From positions 434,001 to 498,000 of the IMG/VR virus record IMGVR_UViG_3300049793_000366: a stretch of 64,000 nt of DNA. The stretch is one strand, 5' to 3'. The notes under the pieces are model-generated. The model did not search any database. It was not told the DNA's origin and saw only the letters and a program-made list of their open reading frames with translations. Position 1 is the stretch's first letter. Each line of letters starts with the position of its first letter. The translations under genes were made by a program, and so were the position numbers. Shown one piece after another: positions 18,132-28,574 of the stretch.

Positions 18132-18316
18132 TAAGCGAATACAAGCTGAGATGGATATAGAATACGTCTCAGTTCTTCTTTTTCACCATCCAATACCCAA
18201 ACAGAATTTCTTCTTGCTTTAGTAATATCTGGTTGTCTGGTCAATTTTGTGATATCAAGCTCAACTCTTTTTATTTCCTTAGAGTTAGAATCGGTGATAA
18301 TTTCATATACTTTCAT
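18131..18316 (-). CDS. hypothetical protein
   Basis: Coupled minus-strand ORF. Confidence 0.65.
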   Translation of the reverse strand: MKVYEIITDSNSKEIKRVELDITKLTRQPDITKARRNSVWVLDGEKEELRRILYPSQLVFA

Positions 18317-18321
18317 TGATA

Positions 18322-18867
18322 TTATTTTTCAAGGTTAAATACTTCGTCTAAATTTGCTTCTCTTATTACACCAGAGTCTTTCATTATACTCTGATAAATG
18401 TCATTAAAATTATTTCGGTTCAACTCATCATTTATCTTTTTAATATCGGACAATAACTCATCATACATCTTTACGTCCATGTATTTAGTATAACCGAAAT
18501 CATTATAAGTAATCGTGAAGCCTCTATCTTTATAGATGTATATCTCGATGTAGTTGCCGTGACTTACCAACATTTTATTGTTAGTATTTTTTGGCTTTTT
18601 AATGTTAGTTAGGTCGCTACATGATATGTATATCTCGCTCTCAGTAAGTGTTACCGATAGTCTATCACGGTACTGATATAGACTAACAACCAACTTCTTA
18701 GTTTTCTCTGAAACACTCGGATCATAATCATTGAAGTTGGTCCAATTGTAGTTAGTTGGCTCATCAACCTCATAAACCTCTTGCAATTCTTCTTCTGGTT
18801 CAGAATTATATTTGTCAATTTCTTTAATCAAGAATTTGGCAATCTTTTTGAGTTTCCTTCGTTTCAT
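18322..18867 (-). CDS. hypothetical protein, C-tag
   Basis: Ends IREANLDEVFNLEK. Confidence 0.75.
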   Translation of the reverse strand: MKRRKLKKIAKFLIKEIDKYNSEPEEELQEVYEVDEPTNYNWTNFNDYDPSVSEKTKKLVVSLYQYRDRLSVTLTESEIYISCSDLTNIKKPKNTNNKMLVSHGNYIEIYIYKDRGFTITYNDFGYTKYMDVKMYDELLSDIKKINDELNRNNFNDIYQSIMKDSGVIREANLDEVFNLEK

Positions 18868-18922
18868 TTCATTTTTATAAAAATTCTTGATAAAAGTTTA
18901 AGAAAGTCCGTATATTTATAAA

Positions 18923-19189
18923 ATGAAATGTAGATGCATCTTAACACTTGATGCCGGTAAACGAATGGGTATATTCGAAGAAGGTAAATTATATGAATTC
19001 TTTGAATCAGATTTGAGTGACCATATCGGTAAGTCAACAATGCGAAATGGTTGGGAATTAACTAATCATTACACGGTTGTTAGTGACACTGGATCAACAC
19101 ACACATTCTCAACCAGTGAATTCGATGAACGTTTTGTAGATATTAAAGAACACCGCGATAAGAAAATTAATAAAATATTAAATGGATAA
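18923..19189 (+). CDS. CxC-family small protein, C-tag
   Basis: MKCRC...EGKLYEF...HRDKKINKIL; TCCGTATATTTA upstream. Confidence 0.8.
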   Translation: MKCRCILTLDAGKRMGIFEEGKLYEFFESDLSDHIGKSTMRNGWELTNHYTVVSDTGSTHTFSTSEFDERFVDIKEHRDKKINKILNG

Positions 19190-19559
19190 CATAGTTAAAG
19201 AAGGTGATGTACTCGTGTGTAAAAAACGAGATACAATTGGTGCATATCCAGATACGCTACACTTATTAGAAATAGGTAAGCATTATCGTATAGAAAGACT
19301 TGATGCTATAAACTCAACGATAGGACTATTTCGCGCATATATACTTATTGATAGCAAACCAGTTCAATTCTACTATCCATTGGATATTAATCTAGTTCGC
19401 AACCAATTGAACATGACCAAGCACCGTGATGAAATTGATTATGTAAACAAACTTATAGATGGTTGTTATGAGTGGGGCTTATTAACATATTTTGATACAG
19501 TAGAAAATTTTAGAGAATTACAATTAAATAAATTAGTAGATGGTTACTATCAAAAATAA
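19182..19559 (+). CDS. hypothetical protein, C-tag
   Basis: LVCKK...IGKHY...FRELQLNKLV. Confidence 0.75.
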   Translation: MDNIVKEGDVLVCKKRDTIGAYPDTLHLLEIGKHYRIERLDAINSTIGLFRAYILIDSKPVQFYYPLDINLVRNQLNMTKHRDEIDYVNKLIDGCYEWGLLTYFDTVENFRELQLNKLVDGYYQK

Positions 19560-19800
19560 TGCTGATACCGTTGGTAGTGCTATATTGACTTATAAGCAGT
19601 GTGGTAAGTTAATAGCACGTATGGACTTTAAAACATCAGAGGGTTTGGATTTCAAGAAGGGTGAGATAATAGAATATACTCACTACGAAAACTATGGTGA
19701 TAAGATATACTATACAATAACCAGCACTCTTTATCTTAGTAGCGAGGTTGTTATGGAGTTGAATGAGTATAGAGAAGAGCAAATAAATAAATTGGATTAA
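19540..19800 (+). CDS. hypothetical protein, C-tag
   Basis: Ends YREEQINKLD. Confidence 0.75.
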   Translation: MVTIKNNADTVGSAILTYKQCGKLIARMDFKTSEGLDFKKGEIIEYTHYENYGDKIYYTITSTLYLSSEVVMELNEYREEQINKLD

Positions 19801-20147
19801 TGGAAAAGTATATTTTAGGTGTAGAACTAGAACCGAATGGTAGTATTAAAATTGTTCAAATGTGTGTTTCTAAATGTATCTGTATTAAATATAATGCTGA
19901 TCCATACACACAGCTAAGTACTTCAATACCAAAGACTGATTTCAATGAAGGTAATATCTATTACTATGGTATTGATGATACTCGACCTGTGACTAATCCA
20001 TACTTTGTAGTAGAAGAGGGTAAAACACATAGGTATTTCACAGAAGACGAATTCAATGCACATTTCGTTGACTACATAAAAAATAGAGAAAATAAAATAT
20101 CAAACATAGTTGATGAATCATTAAACAATTCATCAGATTGTGAATAA
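19800..20147 (+). CDS. CxC-family protein, C-tag
   Basis: KCICIK...EGNIYYY...FNAHF...NRENKISNIV. Confidence 0.8.
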   Translation: MEKYILGVELEPNGSIKIVQMCVSKCICIKYNADPYTQLSTSIPKTDFNEGNIYYYGIDDTRPVTNPYFVVEEGKTHRYFTEDEFNAHFVDYIKNRENKISNIVDESLNNSSDCE

Positions 20148-20155
20148 AAGAGTAC

Positions 20156-20470
20156 TTGATACTCGATTTAAAACAAATAACAACCGACGAATTTCACGAG
20201 AGTACTGACTACACAAATCCGGAAGCCAATCCGTTAATCTTCTGTGGTGAGACAAACGTATTCCTTGTCAATGGTGAGGTGTATAATACATACGCACCTA
20301 ATATTTTCTGGTACAAAGATAATGGTAGTTATGATAATCCAGTTGGTAGACTAATATATGTTATTCAAGAGACTGGCGTTTATATCAGAATATATTTTGA
20401 TGTAGATGATAAACCATTTAAAACAAAAGAGGATTTAAGAAATATCAAACTAAGCGAATTACTACTTTAA
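20156..20470 (+). CDS. hypothetical protein, C-tag
   Basis: Ends LRNIKLSELLL. Confidence 0.75.
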   Translation: MILDLKQITTDEFHESTDYTNPEANPLIFCGETNVFLVNGEVYNTYAPNIFWYKDNGSYDNPVGRLIYVIQETGVYIRIYFDVDDKPFKTKEDLRNIKLSELLL

Positions 20471-20481
20471 AAATATATACT

Positions 20482-20829
20482 ATGAAGAAAGAAACACTTT
20501 ATATACTAAACCAGGTTAAAAACGGTGAACTAAGCGTAGAAGATGCGTATGATGAGATAATGAATATACATGGTCTTAGTAAGAGTAGTGTATTATGTGG
20601 TGGTGATAAGATAGGTGAGTATGGTGAAAGACATCGAGAAGAAGCAGAACTAATCAAAGAGGTTTTGATTGAAAATGGATTCATCAATGCTGGATTAAAC
20701 GATGCTATTTGGTTATGGGGTGAGTATTCAGATAGTTATTGTGCTGGGTGGCTTGGTCTACCAGATGAGAAAGAAGAGATATACGATTGTATAAAAAGAT
20801 ACATTGTCAAAACACACTACTGTGGTTAA
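20482..20829 (+). CDS. hypothetical protein
   Basis: Contains LWGEYSDSYCAGWL. Confidence 0.75.
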   Translation: MKKETLYILNQVKNGELSVEDAYDEIMNIHGLSKSSVLCGGDKIGEYGERHREEAELIKEVLIENGFINAGLNDAIWLWGEYSDSYCAGWLGLPDEKEEIYDCIKRYIVKTHYCG

Positions 20830-20842
20830 AATTAAAACAGTT

Positions 20843-21088
20843 ATGAATAAGTACTTCTGTTATTGTATAGAAGAAATAGAAACCACTGGGTATCACACTT
20901 CATTGTTCGAGGTCGGAGTTATGTATGAATATGCGTATAAGACAAATGAAGTATCAGCAGGATATATTAGAATCTATGTTAATCCAAAAAATAGTATTCA
21001 ACTAACTCATAAACAATTCAGAAGGTTTTTCAAACCAGTAACCGAGAGACGGGATATGTTAATCAATGATATTATAGGAACAGATTAA
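20843..21088 (+). CDS. CxC-family small protein, C-tag
   Basis: FCYCIEE...VGVMYEY...FRRFF...RRDMLINDII. Confidence 0.75.
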   Translation: MNKYFCYCIEEIETTGYHTSLFEVGVMYEYAYKTNEVSAGYIRIYVNPKNSIQLTHKQFRRFFKPVTERRDMLINDIIGTD

Positions 21089-22241
21089 ACGTCAGCGTTG
21101 CTTTATCACCTCTAACACTACCAATAGCAGCTTCCTTTGTTATATCCTTTAAATCATCAAAAGCATTTTTCAATCCATTTTTGAACTCAATTAGTTGCAT
21201 AAACTTTGGGATAAACTTAGCATTATAAAACTCTTCAACCGAGAATGTGACTACGTATGAATTTGGTTTCTCAATTACGTTCATCAATCCTTTATACTTA
21301 CTATTCAAATGTGGTAATATATCATAGCTTGGTAAGCTAACACCATCCAACTCTTTTGCTAAATCAGAAATATGTGCTTCTAAATCACAATCATTATTAA
21401 ATACCGACATTATCATAGCTACATCAAATAATCTATTTAATAGTTCTTCTTTGTTAGCTGAGAAATTTTGCTTATGTCGAATTGAGCCATACTTAGTTTT
21501 ATGATAACCATAACCAATTTTAATAGAGAATTCAAAGTTACAACTACCATGTTCATTTTCATTATTGAATCTGAATCCACCTAAGTCAGTAGTTTTATTG
21601 TAGTGATATAGAAATAAATCCGTTATACCATCTTCGCTTATTGTTGGATTAATATCTTTAGCCGCCATCGTTATCGATTCTACTGTCCAACCTTTATCTT
21701 CAATTAAGATGTTAGTGATATAATTTACTAACTCATTAGGGTCTAATTGACCACTATCACCAGCAGACTCTCTATCTCTCTTCTCGATAACTGAATAACT
21801 ATTGGTATAATCTTCATATATAGAATATAAATCTATAATCAATTTATATTCTTTCATTTTCTCGTCATCAAAAATATTTAAATTGAAATTAGTAATCTCA
21901 AAACTACCGTACAAAGTAAATAAAGCCTCTAAAGATGGGATGATATTATCTATGAATCCGTTTCCCTGTATATTTGTTTTATTAAGTCGCTCATTATATA
22001 AGTCGAAATATGACATATGATAACCAGAGTTCTTTAACCTCTTAGATACTTTCTTAATTGCTTCTAAAAATTCCTTATTCAATGTAACTGAATCTGCTGA
22101 ATACACATACTGAGAAGGAAATCCTGAAACAGGTAAAACAGATTTAACAAAATCTAAATCCAATAAGTCAATCATATTTGAATTGACATCTACTTCGCTA
22201 CTCACGTTTAAATTCTCGTTATATGTTTTAAGATATCTCAT
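21072..22241 (-). CDS. hypothetical protein, N-motif (389 aa)
   Basis: Starts MRYLKTYNE; AATATATA upstream. Confidence 0.8.
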   Translation of the reverse strand: MRYLKTYNENLNVSSEVDVNSNMIDLLDLDFVKSVLPVSGFPSQYVYSADSVTLNKEFLEAIKKVSKRLKNSGYHMSYFDLYNERLNKTNIQGNGFIDNIIPSLEALFTLYGSFEITNFNLNIFDDEKMKEYKLIIDLYSIYEDYTNSYSVIEKRDRESAGDSGQLDPNELVNYITNILIEDKGWTVESITMAAKDINPTISEDGITDLFLYHYNKTTDLGGFRFNNENEHGSCNFEFSIKIGYGYHKTKYGSIRHKQNFSANKEELLNRLFDVAMIMSVFNNDCDLEAHISDLAKELDGVSLPSYDILPHLNSKYKGLMNVIEKPNSYVVTFSVEEFYNAKFIPKFMQLIEFKNGLKNAFDDLKDITKEAAIGSVRGDKATLTFNLFL

Positions 22242-22251
22242 TTTCTATATA

Positions 22252-22602
22252 TTAACTCCAGCTCACTGTTATTACAATTGTGTCAGTAAACCTAAATGAT
22301 GCTCTATATCCATCAGCGTGTAGCTTTTTGATTATCCTCTCACACATACTGAATAAATTCTTGTATTTATCGAGGTTTTCATAAAATAAATGACAATCAT
22401 GTACACTATAATAACCATTTAAATTTGGTGCGCTGTGTACGTAAATATGTGCTTCTGTTGTCTTTTTCTCAGTAAAATAGCTAACATCAATATCTTCTGT
22501 GTCATCAAGCTCAGTCAGTAGTTCCTTCATTAAGCCGGTTGTAAGCTCCGCGTGTAATTTGTCAAGATTTTCTGAATTTTCAAATGACTTTAAGTATTTC
22601 AT
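22252..22602 (-). CDS. hypothetical protein, N-motif
   Basis: Starts MKYLKSFEN; AATATATA upstream. Confidence 0.8.
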   Translation of the reverse strand: MKYLKSFENSENLDKLHAELTTGLMKELLTELDDTEDIDVSYFTEKKTTEAHIYVHSAPNLNGYYSVHDCHLFYENLDKYKNLFSMCERIIKKLHADGYRASFRFTDTIVITVSWS

Positions 22603-22626
22603 AAACGTATATATTATATATAGCTT

Positions 22627-23055
22627 ATGATTAAATCGTTCAAACTATTTGAAAATAATTCAGACTCAAATTCTGCTAAAATTTTGGCTCAACTTGGTGA
22701 TATAAAATCACAATGCTTTGCGTCAATACAATCAGAGCTTAAGAGAATTAAAGGTATTTATATGAGAGGATTTAATACCGAGGACTTAACTTATGATGAT
22801 AGTGAGGACAGAGATTTTGATGGATTTTTAGAGCTAATTGAGCATTTTTCTAAGGATTTTTATGTAGAACACTATGATACTACTGAAAATCACATGGTGA
22901 TAGCAATAGATACGAATGGTGAAGAAATACTAGTAGAATGGGGTGACGATTACCAAACATTCCCGATTACTGAACTTGATGTAGTTGAATCAGTAAAACT
23001 TCTTGGAGTTTTAGAGAAAATGGTTAGCTATGAACAAATAGAAATGAGAGACTAA
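22627..23055 (+). CDS. hypothetical protein, N-motif variant
   Basis: Starts MIKSFKLFEN; TATATA upstream. Confidence 0.8.
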   Translation: MIKSFKLFENNSDSNSAKILAQLGDIKSQCFASIQSELKRIKGIYMRGFNTEDLTYDDSEDRDFDGFLELIEHFSKDFYVEHYDTTENHMVIAIDTNGEEILVEWGDDYQTFPITELDVVESVKLLGVLEKMVSYEQIEMRD

Positions 23056-23588
23056 TGAAGAAGAATATAAAACTATACGAAGGATTCATAGAGAATATCA
23101 AAAACGACTTCGCCAGAACTTTGTATCAAAGGAGACAAAGATTTGAAGATTGTTTACAAATATTAAAGGATGAATATGGCGTTGATTACTATGAACAATC
23201 ATTATCTGATGTATTCACACAAGCTAAAATAGAATATATGAATGTTGAGGATATTGATAAGTTTCCACTATCAGATACGCTCATAGATGACATTATAAAA
23301 ACGGTAAAGAGACTGAGACAATACGAAGATATTGATATTGAAGGTCGTATTACAATGCGTTTAAAGGGCTCAAATTATAAAAAAAGTGTATTTTTTAGCA
23401 CAAATGATTGGTATGATACACCAAATCCTACCGAGAGTCAAAGAAGATATATCAAGAATCCAAATGATATTAAAGCACTTTTTGATGAGAGAATGGTTCA
23501 ATTAATGAAAGCCAAAAGAGAACTAAAAGATGGTGATGATAGCCACGATAATTATATTGTATCTCTAATAAATATATCTATATGCTAA
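23055..23588 (+). CDS. hypothetical protein, N-motif
   Basis: Starts MKKNIKLYEGF. Confidence 0.8.
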   Translation: MKKNIKLYEGFIENIKNDFARTLYQRRQRFEDCLQILKDEYGVDYYEQSLSDVFTQAKIEYMNVEDIDKFPLSDTLIDDIIKTVKRLRQYEDIDIEGRITMRLKGSNYKKSVFFSTNDWYDTPNPTESQRRYIKNPNDIKALFDERMVQLMKAKRELKDGDDSHDNYIVSLINISIC

Positions 23589-23806
23589 TGAAACACTTAA
23601 TGGATTTTAAATTATTCGAAGAAAAAAGCCTTGAATCAAGCTATTTATACTACAAAGAACTTGTAGATGATGGTAAGAAAAGAGCCAAGAACTCATCAGG
23701 TGGTGAGAATGAAATGGATATGGAAAACCTTACGCATAATAGAAAGATGATGAACAGAGCTAAAGCCGCGCTCAAAAAAGCAGGTAAAGAAATACCAAAG
23801 AAGTAA
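23588..23806 (+). CDS. hypothetical protein, N-motif
   Basis: Starts MKHLMDFKLFEE. Confidence 0.75.
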   Translation: MKHLMDFKLFEEKSLESSYLYYKELVDDGKKRAKNSSGGENEMDMENLTHNRKMMNRAKAALKKAGKEIPKK

Positions 23807-24279
23807 TGAAACACTTAAAGCTATTCGAAGGATTTATGGATGACATCAGACAATCAGTTGTTGATGTGTTCGACAATGCTCGAAAGCCTTATGATGCTTG
23901 TTTACACGAGTTAATCGATGATTATGGTTTACAATTCGATGGTGATAAAATCACTAATATGTTTTCAGATAGGTGTTTAGTGTACTATATAAACGAACCA
24001 ACTGAACTGAGCTTAGAAGCTGTAAATAAGATAGTCAGAGCAGTCAAAAGATTGGGTGAGTTCGAAGAACTTCGTATCGCTGGTGCTATCACACTTTACT
24101 TTAATAACTCACCGATATCAGCATCATTCGATAAGAAAGTTGATATACATAAATATGTTAGAAATATAATGAATACTAAGCTAACTCAATATTATGGTGA
24201 TGAACACGAAAGAGTAATAGAACCAGAATATTCAGAGTTTACTTTCACAGTAAAATTCACATTATACCAAGCAACTTAA
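23806..24279 (+). CDS. hypothetical protein, N-motif
   Basis: Starts MKHLKLFEGF. Confidence 0.8.
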   Translation: MKHLKLFEGFMDDIRQSVVDVFDNARKPYDACLHELIDDYGLQFDGDKITNMFSDRCLVYYINEPTELSLEAVNKIVRAVKRLGEFEELRIAGAITLYFNNSPISASFDKKVDIHKYVRNIMNTKLTQYYGDEHERVIEPEYSEFTFTVKFTLYQAT

Positions 24280-24481
24280 GTTTAAGCTCCCTCAATTCAT
24301 GTGCTGGTCTAAAGTGACCAAAGAAGAATACTGCTGGATATCTTATTGTACCATTGAATAGATTAGAAACTTCTACACCATTTATATCAAAACTAGTTTT
24401 ATTTAGATAAACAGTGTGTCCAACCTTTATAGTAACCTTATAATGCACATCCGTAAATTGCTTTGTGCAAACATATAACAT
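24257..24481 (-). CDS. hypothetical protein, C-tag
   Basis: MLYVCTK...LRELKLKLL; start moved. Confidence 0.65.
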   Translation of the reverse strand: MLYVCTKQFTDVHYKVTIKVGHTVYLNKTSFDINGVEVSNLFNGTIRYPAVFFFGHFRPAHELRELKLKLLGIM

Positions 24482-24526
24482 ACTTGTTATATTTAGAAAA
24501 ATGAATAGGTTTTTAATATATACGAT

Positions 24527-24916
24527 ATGAAACACATTAAGAAATTCAACGAAGATGCCGAGCATTTGGTTAGTAAGGAATACTTAGAGCCATTCTTCTT
24601 GGAGCTTAGTGATGTGTACGGTGAAGATGTTGAAATAACATTTTCTGGTGAAACTCAGGCTGATGTTGAACTTACATTCTCCAATATCATTTTAAATAGA
24701 ATGAATAAAGGATATAAAGTAGATGGTAGTGAACATGATTACTCATATGATGTTCTAATCGATGCTTATTCAAAAGCCGCTAATATTACCACATCCTTGA
24801 AAAAGATAGCGAAAAAGATTGATGCTGATGGTCTTTACCAATGTAGAATGTTTGTAAATAAACCATCACATAAGATAAAATATAGCTTCATTGTGTTTAA
24901 TAAACACTTTGATTAA
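24527..24916 (+). CDS. hypothetical protein, N-motif
   Basis: Starts MKHIKKFNE; AATATATA upstream. Confidence 0.8.
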   Translation: MKHIKKFNEDAEHLVSKEYLEPFFLELSDVYGEDVEITFSGETQADVELTFSNIILNRMNKGYKVDGSEHDYSYDVLIDAYSKAANITTSLKKIAKKIDADGLYQCRMFVNKPSHKIKYSFIVFNKHFD

Positions 24917-25509
24917 TTCTCTTTAAATACTATATAATCCGCTGATAAATAACCCTTCTTAGTCTTATACCTTTGTTCAATCATTGTTAAGCTAAATAAG
25001 TCTCCCGCTTTTTTACCAATATACATATGTAGACCATAAGATGATAACTTCTTATTAACTCGTAATAATTCTTGTAATAACTTTCTATCAACCAATACCG
25101 TATTAGAAAAGTCAAACTGCAAAAAGTTTACAGACGTTTTTGGTGTAGAAACTAATTCGTATTCATCAATTAATCCTTGAAAGTTAGAAATAATTTCCTG
25201 TATTCTATTATGAACATGGGCTTTAATTTCAACATCCATCTTACTTCTATAACTTCTTCCGATTGCCTCTGTCTCAGACCTTAAATCTGTTATGAATCCT
25301 TCAAATAGTTTAATTACGGATTCATTAAATGACTCTTTAAATATTCTAAACTTAAGTAACGGTTTACCATTGATAGTCACATCACCTTTAGCATTCTTAC
25401 CAATCTTCTTCACAACAATCTTCTTGTTCTTGAATCTTCCGCCCAAGACCGTATCACCCACGCTAATAGGTATCTTAATCATTTCGTCTATATGCTTAAG
25501 GTATCTCAT
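24913..25509 (-). CDS. hypothetical protein with two N-motif copies (apparent fusion)
   Basis: MRYLKHIDE... plus internal SFNESVIKLFEGF. Confidence 0.75.
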   Translation of the reverse strand: MRYLKHIDEMIKIPISVGDTVLGGRFKNKKIVVKKIGKNAKGDVTINGKPLLKFRIFKESFNESVIKLFEGFITDLRSETEAIGRSYRSKMDVEIKAHVHNRIQEIISNFQGLIDEYELVSTPKTSVNFLQFDFSNTVLVDRKLLQELLRVNKKLSSYGLHMYIGKKAGDLFSLTMIEQRYKTKKGYLSADYIVFKEN

Positions 25510-25931
25510 AAGTCAACTACATTTATCATAAAACTACCACCATCTGTGGTGATTGTTACTTCTTTATATTTATTAATTAGTTTAATAAAATCATCAACAG
25601 TTCTTCCACTATTAACTGCGTTCTTTAAACCAGTACCATATCCATTTAATTCAATTGCCATATAATGAAAGTCCTTCACTTGAATGAAAGAACCATTTTG
25701 TCTTAGTTTTCTATCAGCCATTGCTAACTCTTTCATAAACTCAGCAGTAACATCAAACTTTCTATCTATTATGAAGCAATATGACTCATCATAATACCTA
25801 AACTCAAGCTCATAGTCATCTATTAAAATTTGTAAAGAGTTCTCTATTAACTTCAAATACTTATCAATAGAAGCATCCTGCTCACGTTGTAAATCAGCTA
25901 TAAATCCTTCATATAGTTTAATCTGCTTCAT
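25506..25931 (-). CDS. hypothetical protein, N-motif
   Basis: Starts MKQIKLYEGF. Confidence 0.8.
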   Translation of the reverse strand: MKQIKLYEGFIADLQREQDASIDKYLKLIENSLQILIDDYELEFRYYDESYCFIIDRKFDVTAEFMKELAMADRKLRQNGSFIQVKDFHYMAIELNGYGTGLKNAVNSGRTVDDFIKLINKYKEVTITTDGGSFMINVVDL

Positions 25932-26307
25932 GTCCCACCATTTTTTCAAAGAATACCCTGAACCAGGTTAAATCAGCAATGTAAACCTCACAACTATAAA
26001 TACCATCTAAGGTTATTTTATTCAATGCTTTTTTTAATAATAAGTTAAACTCAAGAAGTCTCCTTGATGCTTCTGTGTACCTATCAAATTCACTCAATCC
26101 CATCATTGATGGTGTTAGACCTTGTGATGTTAATGTGTCAGTGAAATCAAGTCTCAATGATACCTCATCCATATTCCAATCAAATTCAACACCATCGATA
26201 TCTTTAATTTCCTGAAAGAACGGCTCTACATAACTAAGAAGATCCTGTTGTTCATCAAGTCTTGATTCTGTAACTCTATATTCGTCGTATACCTTTAAGT
26301 GTTTCAT
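25918..26307 (-). CDS. hypothetical protein, N-motif
   Basis: Starts MKHLKVYDE. Confidence 0.8.
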   Translation of the reverse strand: MKHLKVYDEYRVTESRLDEQQDLLSYVEPFFQEIKDIDGVEFDWNMDEVSLRLDFTDTLTSQGLTPSMMGLSEFDRYTEASRRLLEFNLLLKKALNKITLDGIYSCEVYIADLTWFRVFFEKMVGHEAD

Positions 26308-26308
26308 A

Positions 26309-26692
26309 TTATACTATTACTTCTCTGCTTATATTTACAGCAATCGCACCAACACGGTTAACTCTTACTGATATCTCATAACCTAACTGAGCCAGTTCAA
26401 CAAATGCCTTAAACTCTGCTTCATTCATTATGGTAGCTGAATTACCAACACTCATCCATACCTGTGATATGTCATTCACATCACCGTTTATGATGTAGTT
26501 ACCATCAACATCCACTAAATTAACAGAGAAAACAGACCAATAATCAATCCCACATTTATCCAATACAGAATGTAATTTATTGTTCTCTCTACGTCTTATC
26601 TCAAAGAACTCATCAGTTTCACCATTCAATCTGAATTTGGATCCAGTATCGGGTGCTTCATTTTGCGACTCAAATCTTTTAAGATATCTCAT
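26309..26692 (-). CDS. hypothetical protein, N-motif
   Basis: Starts MRYLKRFES; AATATATA upstream. Confidence 0.8.
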   Translation of the reverse strand: MRYLKRFESQNEAPDTGSKFRLNGETDEFFEIRRRENNKLHSVLDKCGIDYWSVFSVNLVDVDGNYIINGDVNDISQVWMSVGNSATIMNEAEFKAFVELAQLGYEISVRVNRVGAIAVNISREVIV

Positions 26693-26860
26693 AGTAAGTA
26701 TATATTAAAAATATTGTTCAAACATCTTAAAACTTTCACTTACACCTGTATATACTTACTCAACACTTTCGCGAAGTGATTACATATATGTTCACAAGTT
26801 TGTGTACCAGAAATGGGAACGGCTTCTAGAGCTTAGGTATTTGAATTCCCACAAACCTCT

Positions 26861-27280
26861 GTGAACCCCCTTTTTCTTAAAACTCAAGCACCCTCTTATA
26901 CTATAAGTCTCATGTCAATAATGAGTCCAGATACAGCCAGAGAATTGGTAAAATTAGCATTACATCCATCTAACGGCCATAAATATGATTACATAGTGGA
27001 TATGCTCGATTTTCGTCCTAAAGATTTTACTACTGGTTACGAGAATTATCCAGGTCTTCACGGTAAATATTGCTTCTATCACTTGGAAGGTTACTACATT
27101 TTATCCATCAATATAATTAAACATACCGTAGATATAAATACACAACTCATCAATCAATTGTATCACAAAAGCAATGGATTTACTGGATTATATCCACCAT
27201 CAGAAAAAATCAATTATGATGATAAAATTTGTGTCCGAGATATCAAAATAAACCATATATTTGAATCTCATGTGGTATAA
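26861..27280 (+). CDS. hypothetical protein, C-tag
   Basis: Ends VRDIKINHIF; start uncertain. Confidence 0.7.
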   Translation: MNPLFLKTQAPSYTISLMSIMSPDTARELVKLALHPSNGHKYDYIVDMLDFRPKDFTTGYENYPGLHGKYCFYHLEGYYILSINIIKHTVDINTQLINQLYHKSNGFTGLYPPSEKINYDDKICVRDIKINHIFESHVV

Positions 27281-27566
27281 CGTTGGTGACATAATAACTA
27301 TTAAAGAAAATTGCCGTTTGGCAAGCGGATCTTATATCAAAGATTCTAAATTACTCTATCCGCTTATTGGTAAAGAAGCATACATCGTTCTAATCCAATC
27401 AGATTATAGTCAGGCTGCTAAAAATCATTACTGTCATTATAAACTTAAACTCGTAGACGAAGCCGACCATAGCTCGTTCGGCTACTTCAAAGTATTCCAC
27501 GATGATGGCATCTGTATCAAAACATACCGCAGAGAAGAACAACTAAATAAAATACTTAAACCCTAA
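27270..27566 (+). CDS. hypothetical protein, C-tag
   Basis: YNVGDIITIK (KOW-like start)...RREEQLNKIL. Confidence 0.75.
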   Translation: MWYNVGDIITIKENCRLASGSYIKDSKLLYPLIGKEAYIVLIQSDYSQAAKNHYCHYKLKLVDEADHSSFGYFKVFHDDGICIKTYRREEQLNKILKP

Positions 27567-27569
27567 ACT

Positions 27570-27920
27570 ATGAAAAGACTAATCATCACCGCAGTATTAT
27601 TACTGACAACATTCTTATTGACCTCACAAACCACACAACACTTCAACTTTAAAACAGTTAAGAAAGACACCATCAGCCGTAAAGTAAATACATACGTTAC
27701 GCTCGATAAGACCGCTAAACGCCTTTTTATACAAGATAGTACTCTTCATATGAAGACCACACTTTTCATCACAAGATATTCATTGGCTACCAAATACCAA
27801 CTTATGGACTGCAAAGATTCAGCATCTAAAGAAAGTATCTATGTAGAAGTGTACAAAGGAACCAAAGAATCCTATATGAAATTACAATACGCTAACGACC
27901 AAACCTATATCTACAAATGA
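27570..27920 (+). CDS. putative exported protein
   Basis: Signal-peptide-like MKRLIITAVLLLTTFLLTSQ. Confidence 0.75.
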   Translation: MKRLIITAVLLLTTFLLTSQTTQHFNFKTVKKDTISRKVNTYVTLDKTAKRLFIQDSTLHMKTTLFITRYSLATKYQLMDCKDSASKESIYVEVYKGTKESYMKLQYANDQTYIYK

Positions 27921-28225
27921 TAACACTTACCAAAATGGGTGATAGCTACGTTGTTGTAGAGTCCGATGGTGTACAGTTATGTATCTTAACCACCTCACTC
28001 ACTGTCTACGATAAGAACACACACGAAGCATATAAGAATATTATGCTACTGCTTAACGCAGACCAGCAACAACTTATATTAGGTAAGTTCAAGATAAAGG
28101 AAACAGAACACGATAAACCGTTCGATGATGTGGAATTCATCCGGGATAACCTAATGAACATCGAACACCCAGAATTCTTATTAGTAAGAAGAGACCTAAA
28201 ATTAAGTGAACTAACGAGTGATTAA
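27917..28225 (+). CDS. hypothetical protein, C-tag
   Basis: Ends RRDLKLSELTSD. Confidence 0.75.
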   Translation: MITLTKMGDSYVVVESDGVQLCILTTSLTVYDKNTHEAYKNIMLLLNADQQQLILGKFKIKETEHDKPFDDVEFIRDNLMNIEHPEFLLVRRDLKLSELTSD

Positions 28226-28574
28226 GCAGAAATATAAATACAAACTTAAATATTCAGAAATAAAAGAAACAGACTCAGCTACCAATAGAAACATATTAGT
28301 ATTATCCACCAAAGATGAAGTATTAATAGAATTCATATTAAGTAACTCAATAGAATCAGGTAATAGTAAATACCAATTGAAACGAGCGATATACTTCCTG
28401 AACCAAAGCATTAACCACACAGGCGAGTACGAATACGTTACCATCTGTTGTAGTTATTTGGATGTTGGGATGGATGATATAGACTTCATTGAGTATTACT
28501 TCAACGAATTGATGGATGATGATAAACTTAAACACATTAGAAGACATTTAATAATTGATAAAGCTTTAGAATAA
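28218..28574 (+). CDS. hypothetical protein, C-tag variant
   Basis: Ends RRHLIIDKALE. Confidence 0.7.
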   Translation: MIKQKYKYKLKYSEIKETDSATNRNILVLSTKDEVLIEFILSNSIESGNSKYQLKRAIYFLNQSINHTGEYEYVTICCSYLDVGMDDIDFIEYYFNELMDDDKLKHIRRHLIIDKALE

